A stretch of DNA of 64,000 nt, taken from the IMG/VR virus record IMGVR_UViG_3300042934_000212; one strand, 5' to 3'. Below are positions 9,675 through 19,432 of this stretch, piece by piece (position 1 is the first letter of the stretch; the number at the start of each line of letters is the position of its first letter). Source of the DNA: a virus. Its lineage: Duplodnaviria > Heunggongvirae > Uroviricota > Caudoviricetes. The position numbers and the translations under genes were made by a program. The notes under the pieces are model-generated. The model was not told the origin of the DNA. It saw only the letters and a program-made list of their open reading frames with translations, and made no database searches.

Positions 9675-10841
9675 ATGTTACCATTTTCAATTATAAGTAA
9701 TACAAACGTTATCCCAAAGGTTTCAATACAATCATGGGATGTAGGTAATAATAATATTGGATTAGTTACTGCCAGTGGTGACTTATATTTCACTGGTGAT
9801 AATACATATGGTCAGTTCGGGAATGGAACAACTACTAGTCCAAGTACTGGAAGTTGGATAAAAAGTTCAATGACTGGAGTACAATCGGTATGGATGTGCA
9901 AGGGTTACACTACTGTTATATTAAAAAACGATGGAACAGCATGGTATTGTGGTAGAATACAATCAACATCAATATCGTTATTTGGTGTATCTGGTCAAAG
10001 TTCTGGTACATATTCTAACTGGATACAAATAACTTCAGGATTACCAGTTACTGCAAACCTAATTAAACAGATTTTTTTGTGTGGATATTACACAATCATA
10101 GTAACGATTGATGGTTTATTATACATGAGTGGTGTTAATTCCGTAGGTAATTTTGGTAATGGAACTACTACTGGTACTTCAGCATTTACACTAATTCCGT
10201 TTAGTCAAACTACACCAGTACAGAAAGCTATTGGTGCATCTAATGTAACATTTAACGGTAGTTATGCATGTACTACCATATTAACTAAAGACGGAAGGGT
10301 GTTCAATGCAGGCAACAACTATTATTTAAAATGTTTTAATAACTTCAATTACCGAAGTTCCAACTACACTTCATTTCAGGATAGCGGACTGACTGGTATA
10401 GTAGATATAGATGCGGAAGAACAGTTTTATGTTAGTACTACATCTGATGGTGGGTTGTGGGCGACTGGTTATGCAGGATATTTAATGTCCGGTAATTCGT
10501 CAATGAATACCAGGTTCGCTGCTAGCGGTTATCATAAGATTGTCAGTACATTATATTGGGCATTTAGTCTAAACAATACTGGTACAGCCGGTTTCGGTTT
10601 AGGATATTCAAATGGTACTCCAATATTAAATGATAATACAGCTAAAACATCATTTGGAGTATTGGCTAATAAGGGTGCACCATCTGGTTTACCAACAGAT
10701 ATAAAAGCAACTTCTAACAAGAATATAGTTCTTTTATATAACACAAATGGAGTTGTTAAAATTTATGCAGTCGGGGCAATTGTAGGTCAGGGTAGTATTT
10801 CAAATGCTGGATTCTTACAAGTTCCTAATCCACCATTTTAA
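9675..10841 (+). CDS. MLPF-family RCC1-like beta-propeller
   Basis: start reassigned to MLPFSIIS at 9675 (AGGAGAG RBS); GDLYFTGDNTYGQFGNG repeat. Confidence 0.85.
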   Translation: MLPFSIISNTNVIPKVSIQSWDVGNNNIGLVTASGDLYFTGDNTYGQFGNGTTTSPSTGSWIKSSMTGVQSVWMCKGYTTVILKNDGTAWYCGRIQSTSISLFGVSGQSSGTYSNWIQITSGLPVTANLIKQIFLCGYYTIIVTIDGLLYMSGVNSVGNFGNGTTTGTSAFTLIPFSQTTPVQKAIGASNVTFNGSYACTTILTKDGRVFNAGNNYYLKCFNNFNYRSSNYTSFQDSGLTGIVDIDAEEQFYVSTTSDGGLWATGYAGYLMSGNSSMNTRFAASGYHKIVSTLYWAFSLNNTGTAGFGLGYSNGTPILNDNTAKTSFGVLANKGAPSGLPTDIKATSNKNIVLLYNTNGVVKIYAVGAIVGQGSISNAGFLQVPNPPF

Positions 10842-10855
10842 TAAAGGAGAAAAAT

Positions 10856-11464
10856 ATGTTACCATTTCCACGTATATTACAGTACGGTAATACTGTAGAT
10901 CATACGCCAAAAATTAGATATAACTTTTCTAACAGTACTGCTGTTAGTACTGGTAAAGTTACAGGTTCTATCAGTGGTGGTACATACTTAACAATTCCGG
11001 TATCTGGATATACTACTGGTATTATGGGTGCTACACTGACTTTACCACAAGCTATAGTACTTGGTACATCAGATTACAGTATTGAGTCTGTTTTCTATCT
11101 TAATACAACCGCGTCGGGTTATAGTCCAATATCTAATATTGGTACATATACTGGTATTAGATACGGTGATTCTGGATTTGGAAATAGATTACAGTTCGCC
11201 AGTTCATATGCTGGTCCAACTACAGTTTACAATACTGATAACACAAGGACTAGTACTTACCAGCAAGTAATTAAAATAAAAACCCAAAGAATATCTAATG
11301 TAATTAGAGTATATATTAATGATGTACAGGTTAATTTTGCAGTTGGACAAAGTAGTTCTTATACAAACAGTGAAATTGTAGATAATATATCAATCGGCAG
11401 TAATAGTACTATCACATTTGGAGCAACAAATCTTGCTTTGATAAGTTGTACTATTGATTACTAA
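10856..11464 (+). CDS. MLPF-family protein, possible lectin/LamG-like beta-sandwich
   Basis: MLPFPRILQYGN leader; DYSIESVFY..RVYINDV pattern. Confidence 0.7.
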   Translation: MLPFPRILQYGNTVDHTPKIRYNFSNSTAVSTGKVTGSISGGTYLTIPVSGYTTGIMGATLTLPQAIVLGTSDYSIESVFYLNTTASGYSPISNIGTYTGIRYGDSGFGNRLQFASSYAGPTTVYNTDNTRTSTYQQVIKIKTQRISNVIRVYINDVQVNFAVGQSSSYTNSEIVDNISIGSNSTITFGATNLALISCTIDY

Positions 11465-11467
11465 AAC

Positions 11468-11495
11468 AAAAAACCCGCTTTCGCGGGTTTTCTTT
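11468..11495. terminator. bidirectional terminator between convergent genes
   Basis: AAAAAACCCGC-TTTC-GCGGGTTTT. Confidence 0.85.
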
Positions 11496-12154
11496 TATCC
11501 ACCATAACTATGTGAACTTGAACTATGAGATGATGATACAGAAGCCCTTGCAGCATGAGAGCTAACAGTACTCCCGAATCCACCCCTTGTTGTAGTAGTT
11601 GTTACTGCTGGTTTAGGAGACAGTGCAGAGCGTGAAACAGATGTTGATCCTGAATGAGAGAAACTACCGAAAGAGTTTCCTTTTGCATCAACAAACTTAT
11701 TATACATTGGAGAAGAACGATTCGAGCTTGAATACAAACCCTGGCTAGGATAGTTCTGGCTTGAAGAACTAAAACCGTGCATCAAAGGGAACCACATAAA
11801 AGAACTATGTGAGCCGTTTGTAGTTTGCACATTGCTGGCTGTAGTACTTGCAGAGTTACATTGTCCCTGGCCGAACTCTTCTTCACAATCCGCTTTTGAA
11901 TTGTACTTAGGAGCTTGCTGGCTTGAATTAGCAAGTGCATTCTGATAATCTAATGCACATCGGTTCTTCAATTCCTGGGTTTTAGCACTGTATTCACATT
12001 CCTGTACAGTTTTGTACACTGATACAGATTCCTGTTCATCGCATCCAGTTAGGAACAAAGATGCACCTGAGATAGCTAGGAACAATGCACTGTACTTCCA
12101 GAAGGTGTGTACTTTTCTGAAGCGATTAAGGTTAATGTTTTTAGTACGTTTCAT
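11495..12154 (-). CDS. ygiB: DUF1190/UPF0441 lipoprotein, YgiB homologue
   Basis: MKRTK start, LTGC lipobox, APKY..ADCEEEFGQGQC, PKPAVTTTTTRGGFG match E. coli YgiB. Confidence 0.9.
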   Translation of the reverse strand: MKRTKNINLNRFRKVHTFWKYSALFLAISGASLFLTGCDEQESVSVYKTVQECEYSAKTQELKNRCALDYQNALANSSQQAPKYNSKADCEEEFGQGQCNSASTTASNVQTTNGSHSSFMWFPLMHGFSSSSQNYPSQGLYSSSNRSSPMYNKFVDAKGNSFGSFSHSGSTSVSRSALSPKPAVTTTTTRGGFGSTVSSHAARASVSSSHSSSSHSYGG

Positions 12155-12294
12155 TTCTTTTTGTTCTTACCAAAAGTTTTCTTTTTCTTTGGGCGTTTAG
12201 TACTAACACGTCCACGTTCGTTGTTTGATTTAGATCCCCACATACTGGAGTTTCCACCCATTGCCAGAATCATTTCTTGTTCTAACGTAAGCAT
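12151..12294 (-). CDS. small basic protein (47 aa, not in ORF track)
   Basis: GAGG RBS; MLTLEQEM...KRPKKKKTFGKNKKK; ATGA overlap with the ygiB start. Confidence 0.65.
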   Translation of the reverse strand: MLTLEQEMILAMGGNSSMWGSKSNNERGRVSTKRPKKKKTFGKNKKK

Positions 12295-12343
12295 AGTATC
12301 CTCTCTTAATTAAAAACCTGTACCTTCTGGTACAGGATAAGTT

Positions 12344-12664
12344 TTACTTAGTTTCTTCTGAAACTTTGGTTACGTCAGCGTCAGCTTGTGCAACCGGTTC
12401 TGCTGGAGTTACTGCTTCTTCTGGTTGCTGTTGTGCATACGCAGCCTCTTTGATAGAGGTTTCGATTTCATTGATGATCTCTTTGTATTGGTCATATGCA
12501 ATAAATGCAAGAATGATAATTGTGACGACAACAATACCAGTCCATGATGACCAGATTAGACCGCATAATGCAAAAGGTCCAACAACAAATGGTGTTTCAG
12601 AAATCTGGTCGATTACTTCACGTCCAGTACGTTTAGCTACTTCAACTACAATATCTTTTTCCAC
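12344..12664 (-). CDS. hypothetical membrane protein
   Basis: central hydrophobic segment; GAGG RBS. Confidence 0.7.
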   Translation of the reverse strand: MEKDIVVEVAKRTGREVIDQISETPFVVGPFALCGLIWSSWTGIVVVTIIILAFIAYDQYKEIINEIETSIKEAAYAQQQPEEAVTPAEPVAQADADVTKVSEETK

Positions 12665-12729
12665 GTTTCACTTCCTCTTTGAATTTATGATAGTATTCTA
12701 TATCTTTTTCGTTCAGGCGTCAATAAAAA

Positions 12730-13080
12730 TTATAGTTTTTTGCGATTTAAAAAGTACTGTCGAATACCGTACAGACCTTTTCCTAATAGAATTACTGACA
12801 CTATTAGTAATCCTAATCCTAATCCCAATGCACCGATTGATAGATACGCAGCATGAACCAAATCGTTTTCGGTAATCCAGTCAACAATCAATCCAAATTC
12901 ACATACAAGTACAAATATCATGAAAGGTGCAACAATTTCTGCTGAAGTATGCTTATCAAGGAAGTCTGAAACTATTGGAGTAAGTTTATCGATCCCTAAT
13001 ACCCAATCGATAATTAACAATACGTTCAGTACTAAGAACGCAACTACTACCCAATGAACAATAGACAAATAAAGACCCAT
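12730..13080 (-). CDS. 3-TM membrane protein, paralogue family A
   Basis: three hydrophobic helices; C-terminal YGIRQYFLNRKK. Confidence 0.75.
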   Translation of the reverse strand: MGLYLSIVHWVVVAFLVLNVLLIIDWVLGIDKLTPIVSDFLDKHTSAEIVAPFMIFVLVCEFGLIVDWITENDLVHAAYLSIGALGLGLGLLIVSVILLGKGLYGIRQYFLNRKKL

Positions 13081-13430
13081 TATGACTTACCCCGTTTCTT
13101 CCGTAGACTTGCACGAAAATCTAAAATGTATATGATAACAGTTGGTAATATAAAGATTAACCAGAATATAGTATAAATTGATAATGCTGGTCCAGATGAC
13201 ACACCAATAATACCAATGATGAAACCGGTACTACCAAGTAATACTGTTACGAAAATATGAAAACCTGTAATATCAGACTGACATTCGAACCCTGCGATAT
13301 AATTATCATAATAGTCTGTGCTGAAAAACCAACCCAATCCGTACCAGATATAAACGAGGACAGCCGCATAGAATGACAGACTATACAACTCATAATGTGC
13401 TGTGATAAAATTAACAAAAGAACCAAACAT
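13080..13430 (-). CDS. 3-TM membrane protein, paralogue family A
   Basis: GWFFSTDYY motif, basic tail; TAATG coupling. Confidence 0.75.
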   Translation of the reverse strand: MFGSFVNFITAHYELYSLSFYAAVLVYIWYGLGWFFSTDYYDNYIAGFECQSDITGFHIFVTVLLGSTGFIIGIIGVSSGPALSIYTIFWLIFILPTVIIYILDFRASLRKKRGKS

Positions 13431-13786
13431 TAGCGACCTCGCTTAGTTTTAAAGTACTGACGTAATGAGAGTATTCCGTAATAGATATTCCCGCCTACCC
13501 AAATAATAAGAATTGCAAAAATTACTAATCCGTGAGTCACTAATAAACCTTCATTGAAAGATTTATCTGGAACAAACAAAGATATACCAAGCAACCCGCT
13601 GATTATTAATGAGAAGGTAAGGAATATTGCGATGAATGCAGAATCAAATTTGTAGTAGTAGTTTGCACAAGTCAGCCAACCTATTGCAAGTACTATTGCA
13701 AATATTGCATCTAAGCAATACAAAGAAAGAAATACGTTATACCATAAATCAGGTAACACAAACTTGTTCATTTCAATTCCTAACAA
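13430..13786 (-). CDS. 3-TM membrane protein, paralogue family A
   Basis: GWLTCANYY..YYGILSLRQYFKTKR; start may be the internal MNKF. Confidence 0.75.
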   Translation of the reverse strand: MLGIEMNKFVLPDLWYNVFLSLYCLDAIFAIVLAIGWLTCANYYYKFDSAFIAIFLTFSLIISGLLGISLFVPDKSFNEGLLVTHGLVIFAILIIWVGGNIYYGILSLRQYFKTKRGR

Positions 13787-13819
13787 TTAACTCCCCGAAG
13801 GGAGTTAACATTATAAAGT

Positions 13820-14599
13820 TTAAACTACTTCAGACATTGAACGGTTCTCGCGAATCCAGTTCATATAACCGATTAATGAATCCCGCTGTTGTAGCTTAGG
13901 TGAATTACGAATACGCATGATTGCATCGTTCCAAGTAATACTTTCAACGTTCAATTCACGAAGAATACGCTGACAGTAGTTTGCTCCTGCATCACACGCA
14001 CCAGCCCGACGAAGTAGTTGAGTACTAATGCGGCGGTTCTTTAATGCGTTACCATTCAAACCCAACTTATGTGCTTCGTCAGTAGTAGTAAATTGAAGAT
14101 GATGTAAGCCATTTTTCTTTTTCATAATCGCAATACCTTCTTCAGTGAACATAAAGTCCAATAGAGCATGTAAAGAGTTCTTAATTAGAACGTAATTCAA
14201 CTGACTAATAGATAAATGTTCAAGTGCATCCTGGACAGGGAAACTTTCTTGAGACATTGCAATGTGATTTGCAAAGCGGTTTGCACCATAATGCTGATCC
14301 ATAATGTAACGTAATGCAGAATATGGCATCTGAACAAATTCGAAGATATTTTTATCTTCGCGATGCATATCAATTGCAAGGTCGTTCCACTCAGCATCTG
14401 TAAGTGATGGAGTAGATACGCGTTTGTTCTTAATAAGAGACTTAATTACTGGAGTGCTCATTTTGAACATATTTTTAGAAAGTACTTCTTCAGAAACACC
14501 TTCCAAGTCAGAAACTTTCAAGCCTTTCCATTGAACGAAAGGAATAAGTGCAGCGTCAAGAGTTGCAAGAGTTGCGTCTTCAATTACTAATTTAATCAT
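13820..14599 (-). CDS. hypothetical protein with C-terminal '(A/P)CxxG' domain (family B)
   Basis: LRRAGACDAG..ITWND..YMNWI. Confidence 0.75.
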   Translation of the reverse strand: MIKLVIEDATLATLDAALIPFVQWKGLKVSDLEGVSEEVLSKNMFKMSTPVIKSLIKNKRVSTPSLTDAEWNDLAIDMHREDKNIFEFVQMPYSALRYIMDQHYGANRFANHIAMSQESFPVQDALEHLSISQLNYVLIKNSLHALLDFMFTEEGIAIMKKKNGLHHLQFTTTDEAHKLGLNGNALKNRRISTQLLRRAGACDAGANYCQRILRELNVESITWNDAIMRIRNSPKLQQRDSLIGYMNWIRENRSMSEVV

Positions 14600-14612
14600 T
14601 TTAACGATGTTC

Positions 14613-14957
14613 CTAAAGTTTTACATTACGTTTATCTGCGAAGTACTTTCTTGATTTATGAAAGCCAAAGTACAGATTATATAGAAGTACAATTAACAAA
14701 GCGATTGTTACTAGTGTACCATAAACAGGTACAAATGCAATCAAACCTTTCCAGCCAACAATAATTACACCAGCTAATACAATACCAGCAGTAATTGAAG
14801 AACTCACGCGATTAAAAAACGCATATGCTTCTTTGAACTTCGGTGATAAATTATTGTAGTAATTCGCACTAACCCAATACCCAATGAAGTAAACTACTCC
14901 AAAGATGATACCGCATAACGTGGCGAAGTTCAACCAATAAAAAACAAAATCTAACAT
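14613..14957 (-). CDS. 3-TM membrane protein, paralogue family A
   Basis: start reassigned to MLDFVFYW (AAGG RBS); GYWVSANYY..YFGFHKSRKYF. Confidence 0.75.
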   Translation of the reverse strand: MLDFVFYWLNFATLCGIIFGVVYFIGYWVSANYYNNLSPKFKEAYAFFNRVSSSITAGIVLAGVIIVGWKGLIAFVPVYGTLVTIALLIVLLYNLYFGFHKSRKYFADKRNVKL

Positions 14958-14958
14958 A

Positions 14959-15294
14959 TCATACCTTATTTCTTTTTTTACCGAAGTACTCACGTGATGC
15001 AAAGAAACCGTACAACACAAGTGCAATTGCCAATAATATCATTGATATAAATGTTGCAACTCCAACTATTAAGCTGAATACATGTAAACCTGCATGGAAG
15101 TTTTCAAATCCCCAATTAAGTAATCCTACTTCCAATCCTACTGCAATGGTTACACCTTCAACAATACAATAGATAAATTTATAATGTTTGTTGAAGTTAG
15201 TGATGTAATCAGCATACGTCCAATACCCAACCAATACAATTACCAGTATAACTACGTTAATACCTGCTAACGTATAAAAAATGTCATGCCACAT
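14959..15294 (-). CDS. 3-TM membrane protein, paralogue family A
   Basis: GYWTYADY..YGFFASREYFGKKR. Confidence 0.75.
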   Translation of the reverse strand: MWHDIFYTLAGINVVILVIVLVGYWTYADYITNFNKHYKFIYCIVEGVTIAVGLEVGLLNWGFENFHAGLHVFSLIVGVATFISMILLAIALVLYGFFASREYFGKKRNKV

Positions 15295-15295
15295 A

Positions 15296-16078
15296 CTATA
15301 CCTTTTGTGAAGTTACAAACATACGTGCTGCATGTTGCTCCCACTTCTCAGGGAACTGCAAGTACAGACCAGCGATCTGAACCGGAAGACGCAAAGAAGG
15401 AAGACGCAAATTCGCACCATTTTTCAACATAAAGTTCAGGATGCTATCTGAACCTTCTTTACTAACACCTAAACCTTTGACGATGTTAGTTGTACGCATG
15501 ATGTTCTCAATGTGAACCATGATACTTTCGTTGTCATGGATCTCCAGGTCAATGAATGCACCCCTGGTCATCAGTGCGTTTACGTGTGGAGCCATTGCAG
15601 ATTTTGACTGCGAGATCTTCACGAGGTTTTTGTTGGTGATAAAGATAACCTTACCACAGAACTCAAACTGCGTAGGAATGCCGTTGTCAGCAAGCACACG
15701 TGACGAACTCATATAAGTAATGATACGCTTATCATCTGACTCTAGAGACGCTTTCAGCAGGTTCAGTTTGTCCTCTGTATCGAACACGTCAACGTCATCC
15801 ATCAGCAACACAGAGCCTAAATGACGGGCGTTATACAGAGCCTGATACAGACCTAAGCCAGTACACTTACCATTGATGTAATGATAGTTGCACTCGCCCT
15901 TGTCGTGTGCTGCTTCCAGACGCTTGATGAGATTATGTGACTTACCTACACCACTCGCACCCGTCACGGTCATTGCCTTGATAGGGTTAAACGGATTCAT
16001 GATGCACTCTACAGTGTCCATCATGGCTTCGAAGTTTTCAGCGATTCGCAGTTTAAGTACTTCACGGCGGCTCAACAT
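15296..16078 (-). CDS. AAA+-type P-loop ATPase
   Basis: Walker A GASGVGKS, Walker B LLMDDVD, sensor VIFITN; start reassigned to MLSRR (GAGG RBS). Confidence 0.85.
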   Translation of the reverse strand: MLSRREVLKLRIAENFEAMMDTVECIMNPFNPIKAMTVTGASGVGKSHNLIKRLEAAHDKGECNYHYINGKCTGLGLYQALYNARHLGSVLLMDDVDVFDTEDKLNLLKASLESDDKRIITYMSSSRVLADNGIPTQFEFCGKVIFITNKNLVKISQSKSAMAPHVNALMTRGAFIDLEIHDNESIMVHIENIMRTTNIVKGLGVSKEGSDSILNFMLKNGANLRLPSLRLPVQIAGLYLQFPEKWEQHAARMFVTSQKV

Positions 16079-16217
16079 TTTTGCGTCCTCTACATCTCTC
16101 AATTAATGACTAAATTATAGCGAGTTAAATTCTTAAAGTCAAGCCCTTCCATATAAAAATTAAATTAAATTTAGGATAGCTAACGATTGAATGAATACAA
16201 GCATCTTCCTTATATAA

Positions 16218-17114
16218 TTAAACTATAGCGAAGTTGAACTTACTGAGTATCCAGTTAAACCAGGATACTTTCTTTTTAACTGGAATAATAACAGTACGTT
16301 GAGAAGGTACTTGTCCTTTCAACTTCATTTCATTACGCATTGCAGTATATTCAGTCTTAATCAAATTATTAAGTTTTCCTGTTAGCTTATCCATACTCTT
16401 GACAGTACGGGTATTGATTAGTCCGTACTGTTTAGTTGGGCGTTCAATATCTTCACCAATACGTACTTGAAAGAGGTGTACCAACAAATCGTTAATGAAC
16501 CCATCCCATGCCGTTGAGGAAAGATTAGTTAAGTCGCTCAACTTAAATGGCATCATATGCGGGATGAAAGTAGTATGCTTAGTTACGTGCTTAATTAGTG
16601 CTTGTTTATATAAAGCAGGCATAGTACTGTGATAGTTCAATGGTATTGATTTTGATACTTCTTTCTTAAATCCGTTCTTACTTAAATCCAGATACGAGAA
16701 ATTCTTTTTAACTTTATTAATCTCAGCAAATGGGTTTAAGTTCTTCTTAATACAATTATCGTACCAGCTTTTAAATTCAGAGTATTCAGCAAAGCGATTA
16801 CCACGCATTTGATTACACTGATAGCACAACAGATGCTGGTTAGATACATCATTCGAACCTTCCAGCGAATTAAGTAAGTCATGATCTAATGTCATTGGCT
16901 TATCTTTATTGCTGTACATAACCATCCCATCTTTTGGTTCTAGACGGAAATGAATACCTAAACTACAACAATGACATTTGGCACCATCACGCATAGCTAC
17001 TGTTATACGTTTGATTACACGGTTTTGAAAGCCATATTGTTTACGCAAAGCACTCAGGTTATTAATAACAAAAGTACTTTTGAACTTAACATTCTTTACA
17101 TTATCAATTTTCAT
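16218..17114 (-). CDS. HNH-family endonuclease-like protein
   Basis: CHCC..TLDH..GSN...N...LCYQCN motif. Confidence 0.75.
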   Translation of the reverse strand: MKIDNVKNVKFKSTFVINNLSALRKQYGFQNRVIKRITVAMRDGAKCHCCSLGIHFRLEPKDGMVMYSNKDKPMTLDHDLLNSLEGSNDVSNQHLLCYQCNQMRGNRFAEYSEFKSWYDNCIKKNLNPFAEINKVKKNFSYLDLSKNGFKKEVSKSIPLNYHSTMPALYKQALIKHVTKHTTFIPHMMPFKLSDLTNLSSTAWDGFINDLLVHLFQVRIGEDIERPTKQYGLINTRTVKSMDKLTGKLNNLIKTEYTAMRNEMKLKGQVPSQRTVIIPVKKKVSWFNWILSKFNFAIV

Positions 17115-17122
17115 TCTTTACC

Positions 17123-17458
17123 TTAACGTGCAACCAGTTCATTTTCGTAAACAATCCAGCGATAGCCGCGAACAATTACATCATCAGCTATATCAATATC
17201 AGCTTGGGAGTGTGGAGATGACATAATTTGTTCACGATATGAACCACCACCAACTGTATCCACGTAACGGAATGATTCATCGAAAATTTTCCGGTACTTT
17301 TTAAATTCTTCAGCAGTAATGTCGTATACCAAATCGTATGACATAGTGTTAATTTGGTCAATTACATATGGAATATCACTTCCGGTGATTGAGACTTTAT
17401 CGCCTTTTTTAAACTTCTTCGGTACTGAATTGATTACAGCCAAAAGTAAATCTTTCAT
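17123..17458 (-). CDS. hypothetical protein
   Basis: 111-aa ORF downstream of a promoter module. Confidence 0.7.
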   Translation of the reverse strand: MKDLLLAVINSVPKKFKKGDKVSITGSDIPYVIDQINTMSYDLVYDITAEEFKKYRKIFDESFRYVDTVGGGSYREQIMSSPHSQADIDIADDVIVRGYRWIVYENELVAR

Positions 17459-17489
17459 TTTGCGTCTCTCAATTAAATTTGTTACGGAT

Positions 17490-17527
17490 ATAATAGCAAA
17501 AAGGGCTGACCTAAGTCAACCCTTTTT
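17490..17527 (-). promoter_or_regulatory. terminator-promoter stem-loop module
   Basis: GGGTTGAC-TTAG-GTCAGCCC-TTTTT-GC-TATTAT; -35 lies inside the stem. Confidence 0.8.
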
Positions 17528-17529
17528 CG

Positions 17530-17865
17530 TTAGCTATCAATCATTTTGTCACGGAATGAAGTGATCGCCCATACCATACCACAGATGAGAAATACCACAG
17601 AAGCAGTGCCTAACACACCTGAATAAAGTGCTGTAACTGGTAGTATCTTTTCGTGAATATCAAAATCATCTACAACAAAGCGATCTAATATAAAAGTTAG
17701 GATAGTACCGGCATTCATCATCGACAATATTGCTAACGTATTCTCGTCACATATCTTTTTTACAAGCTTGTTCTTGTTGAACAAAAGCATTATCCATAAA
17801 CAAGAAGTATAAAGTAGTAATGCACCGCCCATCAAATAACAGATAATATTCCAAACATAAACCAT
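17530..17865 (-). CDS. 3-TM membrane protein
   Basis: three hydrophobic segments. Confidence 0.7.
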   Translation of the reverse strand: MVYVWNIICYLMGGALLLYTSCLWIMLLFNKNKLVKKICDENTLAILSMMNAGTILTFILDRFVVDDFDIHEKILPVTALYSGVLGTASVVFLICGMVWAITSFRDKMIDS

Positions 17866-17909
17866 AGTAGTATTCCAAAAGAGATAGGCACCGAACGGTG
17901 CCTATGTTG

Positions 17910-18305
17910 TTAGTTGATCTTATTACAGGCTGGTGAATCACCAGTACTGATAATATCCCCGCTGGCATCTTGCGTATTAATGATTGCACGATGCGTTTTC
18001 TTGTCTACATATACAACGGTCGAACCTGTTTCATCTTGGTCATAGTAGATGTAGGTATTAATGTCTTCATGAAACTGTACGCCAGCAGTATTCAGAGAAC
18101 TTTTCCATTTCTTACGTGGATTCTTTTCATCTGTTACAGTGAACTGACATTGATATACTGGATAGTTATCTTTAGCACTTTCAGGATGGCGAGCCTGTTC
18201 GATCTGTTTGATCGTATCCTGGGTATTCTGATTGATATAGTCCTCAACTGGTGTAGCGTGGGCTGAAGATGCGAGTACTGCCAGTGCCAAGATTAAACGT
18301 TTCAT
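17910..18305 (-). CDS. exported protein with signal peptide
   Basis: start reassigned to MKRLILALAVLASSAHA. Confidence 0.75.
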   Translation of the reverse strand: MKRLILALAVLASSAHATPVEDYINQNTQDTIKQIEQARHPESAKDNYPVYQCQFTVTDEKNPRKKWKSSLNTAGVQFHEDINTYIYYDQDETGSTVVYVDKKTHRAIINTQDASGDIISTGDSPACNKIN

Positions 18306-18336
18306 TTTTATTATCTCAATTAAATTCAGTTCCAAT

Positions 18337-18371
18337 ATAATAGCAAAAGGGCTGACCGAAGTCAACCCTTT
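18337..18371 (-). promoter_or_regulatory. terminator-promoter stem-loop module
   Basis: TTGACT-17-TATTAT within a GGGTTGAC-TTCG-GTCAGCCC hairpin. Confidence 0.8.
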
Positions 18372-18373
18372 CA

Positions 18374-19207
18374 TCACCAATATTTTTCAATGTTTATAAC
18401 AAGTTCTGATTTAGAAACACAGTATACACCAGCAGTTGTTTTACGAATTACTTTAATATCATCTAAGTATTCATTACTGTTCATAATACTATGAATTTTA
18501 TCTTTGTGTTCAGTTTTAATGTAATACATACTTGCATCTTTATGTTCAGTACCAGGCTCAGCTATTTCACCAGCCTTTGTACCAACACGCTTGATATACA
18601 AGTCTGCTTCATCTTTCGTACAGTAAGTGAAGAACTTTGATGTGTTTCGTATTTCATGTTTTTCACGTACTTCATCATCTCTACGTTCCCAAATCTGCAA
18701 TACACATGGAACGTTATGCGGTTCTCCGTGTAGAATAAATGCATCATGAGGAGATAATTCATCGTAGATCAAATGAAAATTCTCGTGTAATTTGTTTTGG
18801 GTTGCGACCTTTCTGAAAGTCAGAGGTACAATAAACGAAATGTACTTTACTTCTTTTATGTTAGCACATTTGTTAAAGAACTTTACAGCAAGTGATGATA
18901 ATCTTCCAAACGGTGGATTACTAATAACAATTATATCTGAACCAGGACATTTCTGGTTGATAAACATTTCTTCTAAGAAATCTGCCTTTGTTACATTAGC
19001 ATCGACATACACCGGCTCAATATCGAACCCGAACTTCCTACTCTCAGGGAATAGAGTGTAGAATGAACCAGTACCTACACATGGTTCCAGATAGAATAGT
19101 GAGTTAAGATCCATCTTTTCAGATATAACCTGTTCACTCTTATCAAAGCAATACTTTGCATAATCTGGATTAGTGTAGTACTGATCTAATTTATTTTTAA
19201 TACTCAT
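18374..19207 (-). CDS. amino (N6-adenine-type) DNA methyltransferase
   Basis: DQYYT, motif I LEPCVGTGSF, motif IV NPPF. Confidence 0.9.
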   Translation of the reverse strand: MSIKNKLDQYYTNPDYAKYCFDKSEQVISEKMDLNSLFYLEPCVGTGSFYTLFPESRKFGFDIEPVYVDANVTKADFLEEMFINQKCPGSDIIVISNPPFGRLSSLAVKFFNKCANIKEVKYISFIVPLTFRKVATQNKLHENFHLIYDELSPHDAFILHGEPHNVPCVLQIWERRDDEVREKHEIRNTSKFFTYCTKDEADLYIKRVGTKAGEIAEPGTEHKDASMYYIKTEHKDKIHSIMNSNEYLDDIKVIRKTTAGVYCVSKSELVINIEKYW

Positions 19208-19216
19208 TTAATATCC

Positions 19217-19432
19217 TTATACATTGACGATCCTAATACCTTTAACTTTATTGCAACGCTCATGCGTAGGACGTAAGTTAATCATGCTATTTAGCCCACC
19301 TAAACTGAAGGGAATAACGTGATCTATATTGATGCTATCTGTGTCAGTGAATGCTTCACCACACAGATAACAACTTTTATACATACTAAGCAGTACTGGT
19401 GCGTGTTTATAAAGGGAACGCCGTTTTATTAC
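19217..19432 (-). CDS. HNH nuclease domain in the -1 frame of the DUF262 gene (likely frameshift-fused)
   Basis: CYLCG..NIDHVIPFSLGGLNSMINLRPTHERCN; frame opens only one codon before the GGGAAAG heptamer; internal ATG (19384) has no RBS. Confidence 0.8.
   Translation of the reverse strand, partial: VIKRRSLYKHAPVLLSMYKSCYLCGEAFTDTDSINIDHVIPFSLGGLNSMINLRPTHERCNKVKGIRIVNV

Noticed and set aside
5754-10744. Minus-strand ORFs inside the MLPF genes
   Set aside because: Shadow frames of S/T/G-rich sense genes; no RBS.
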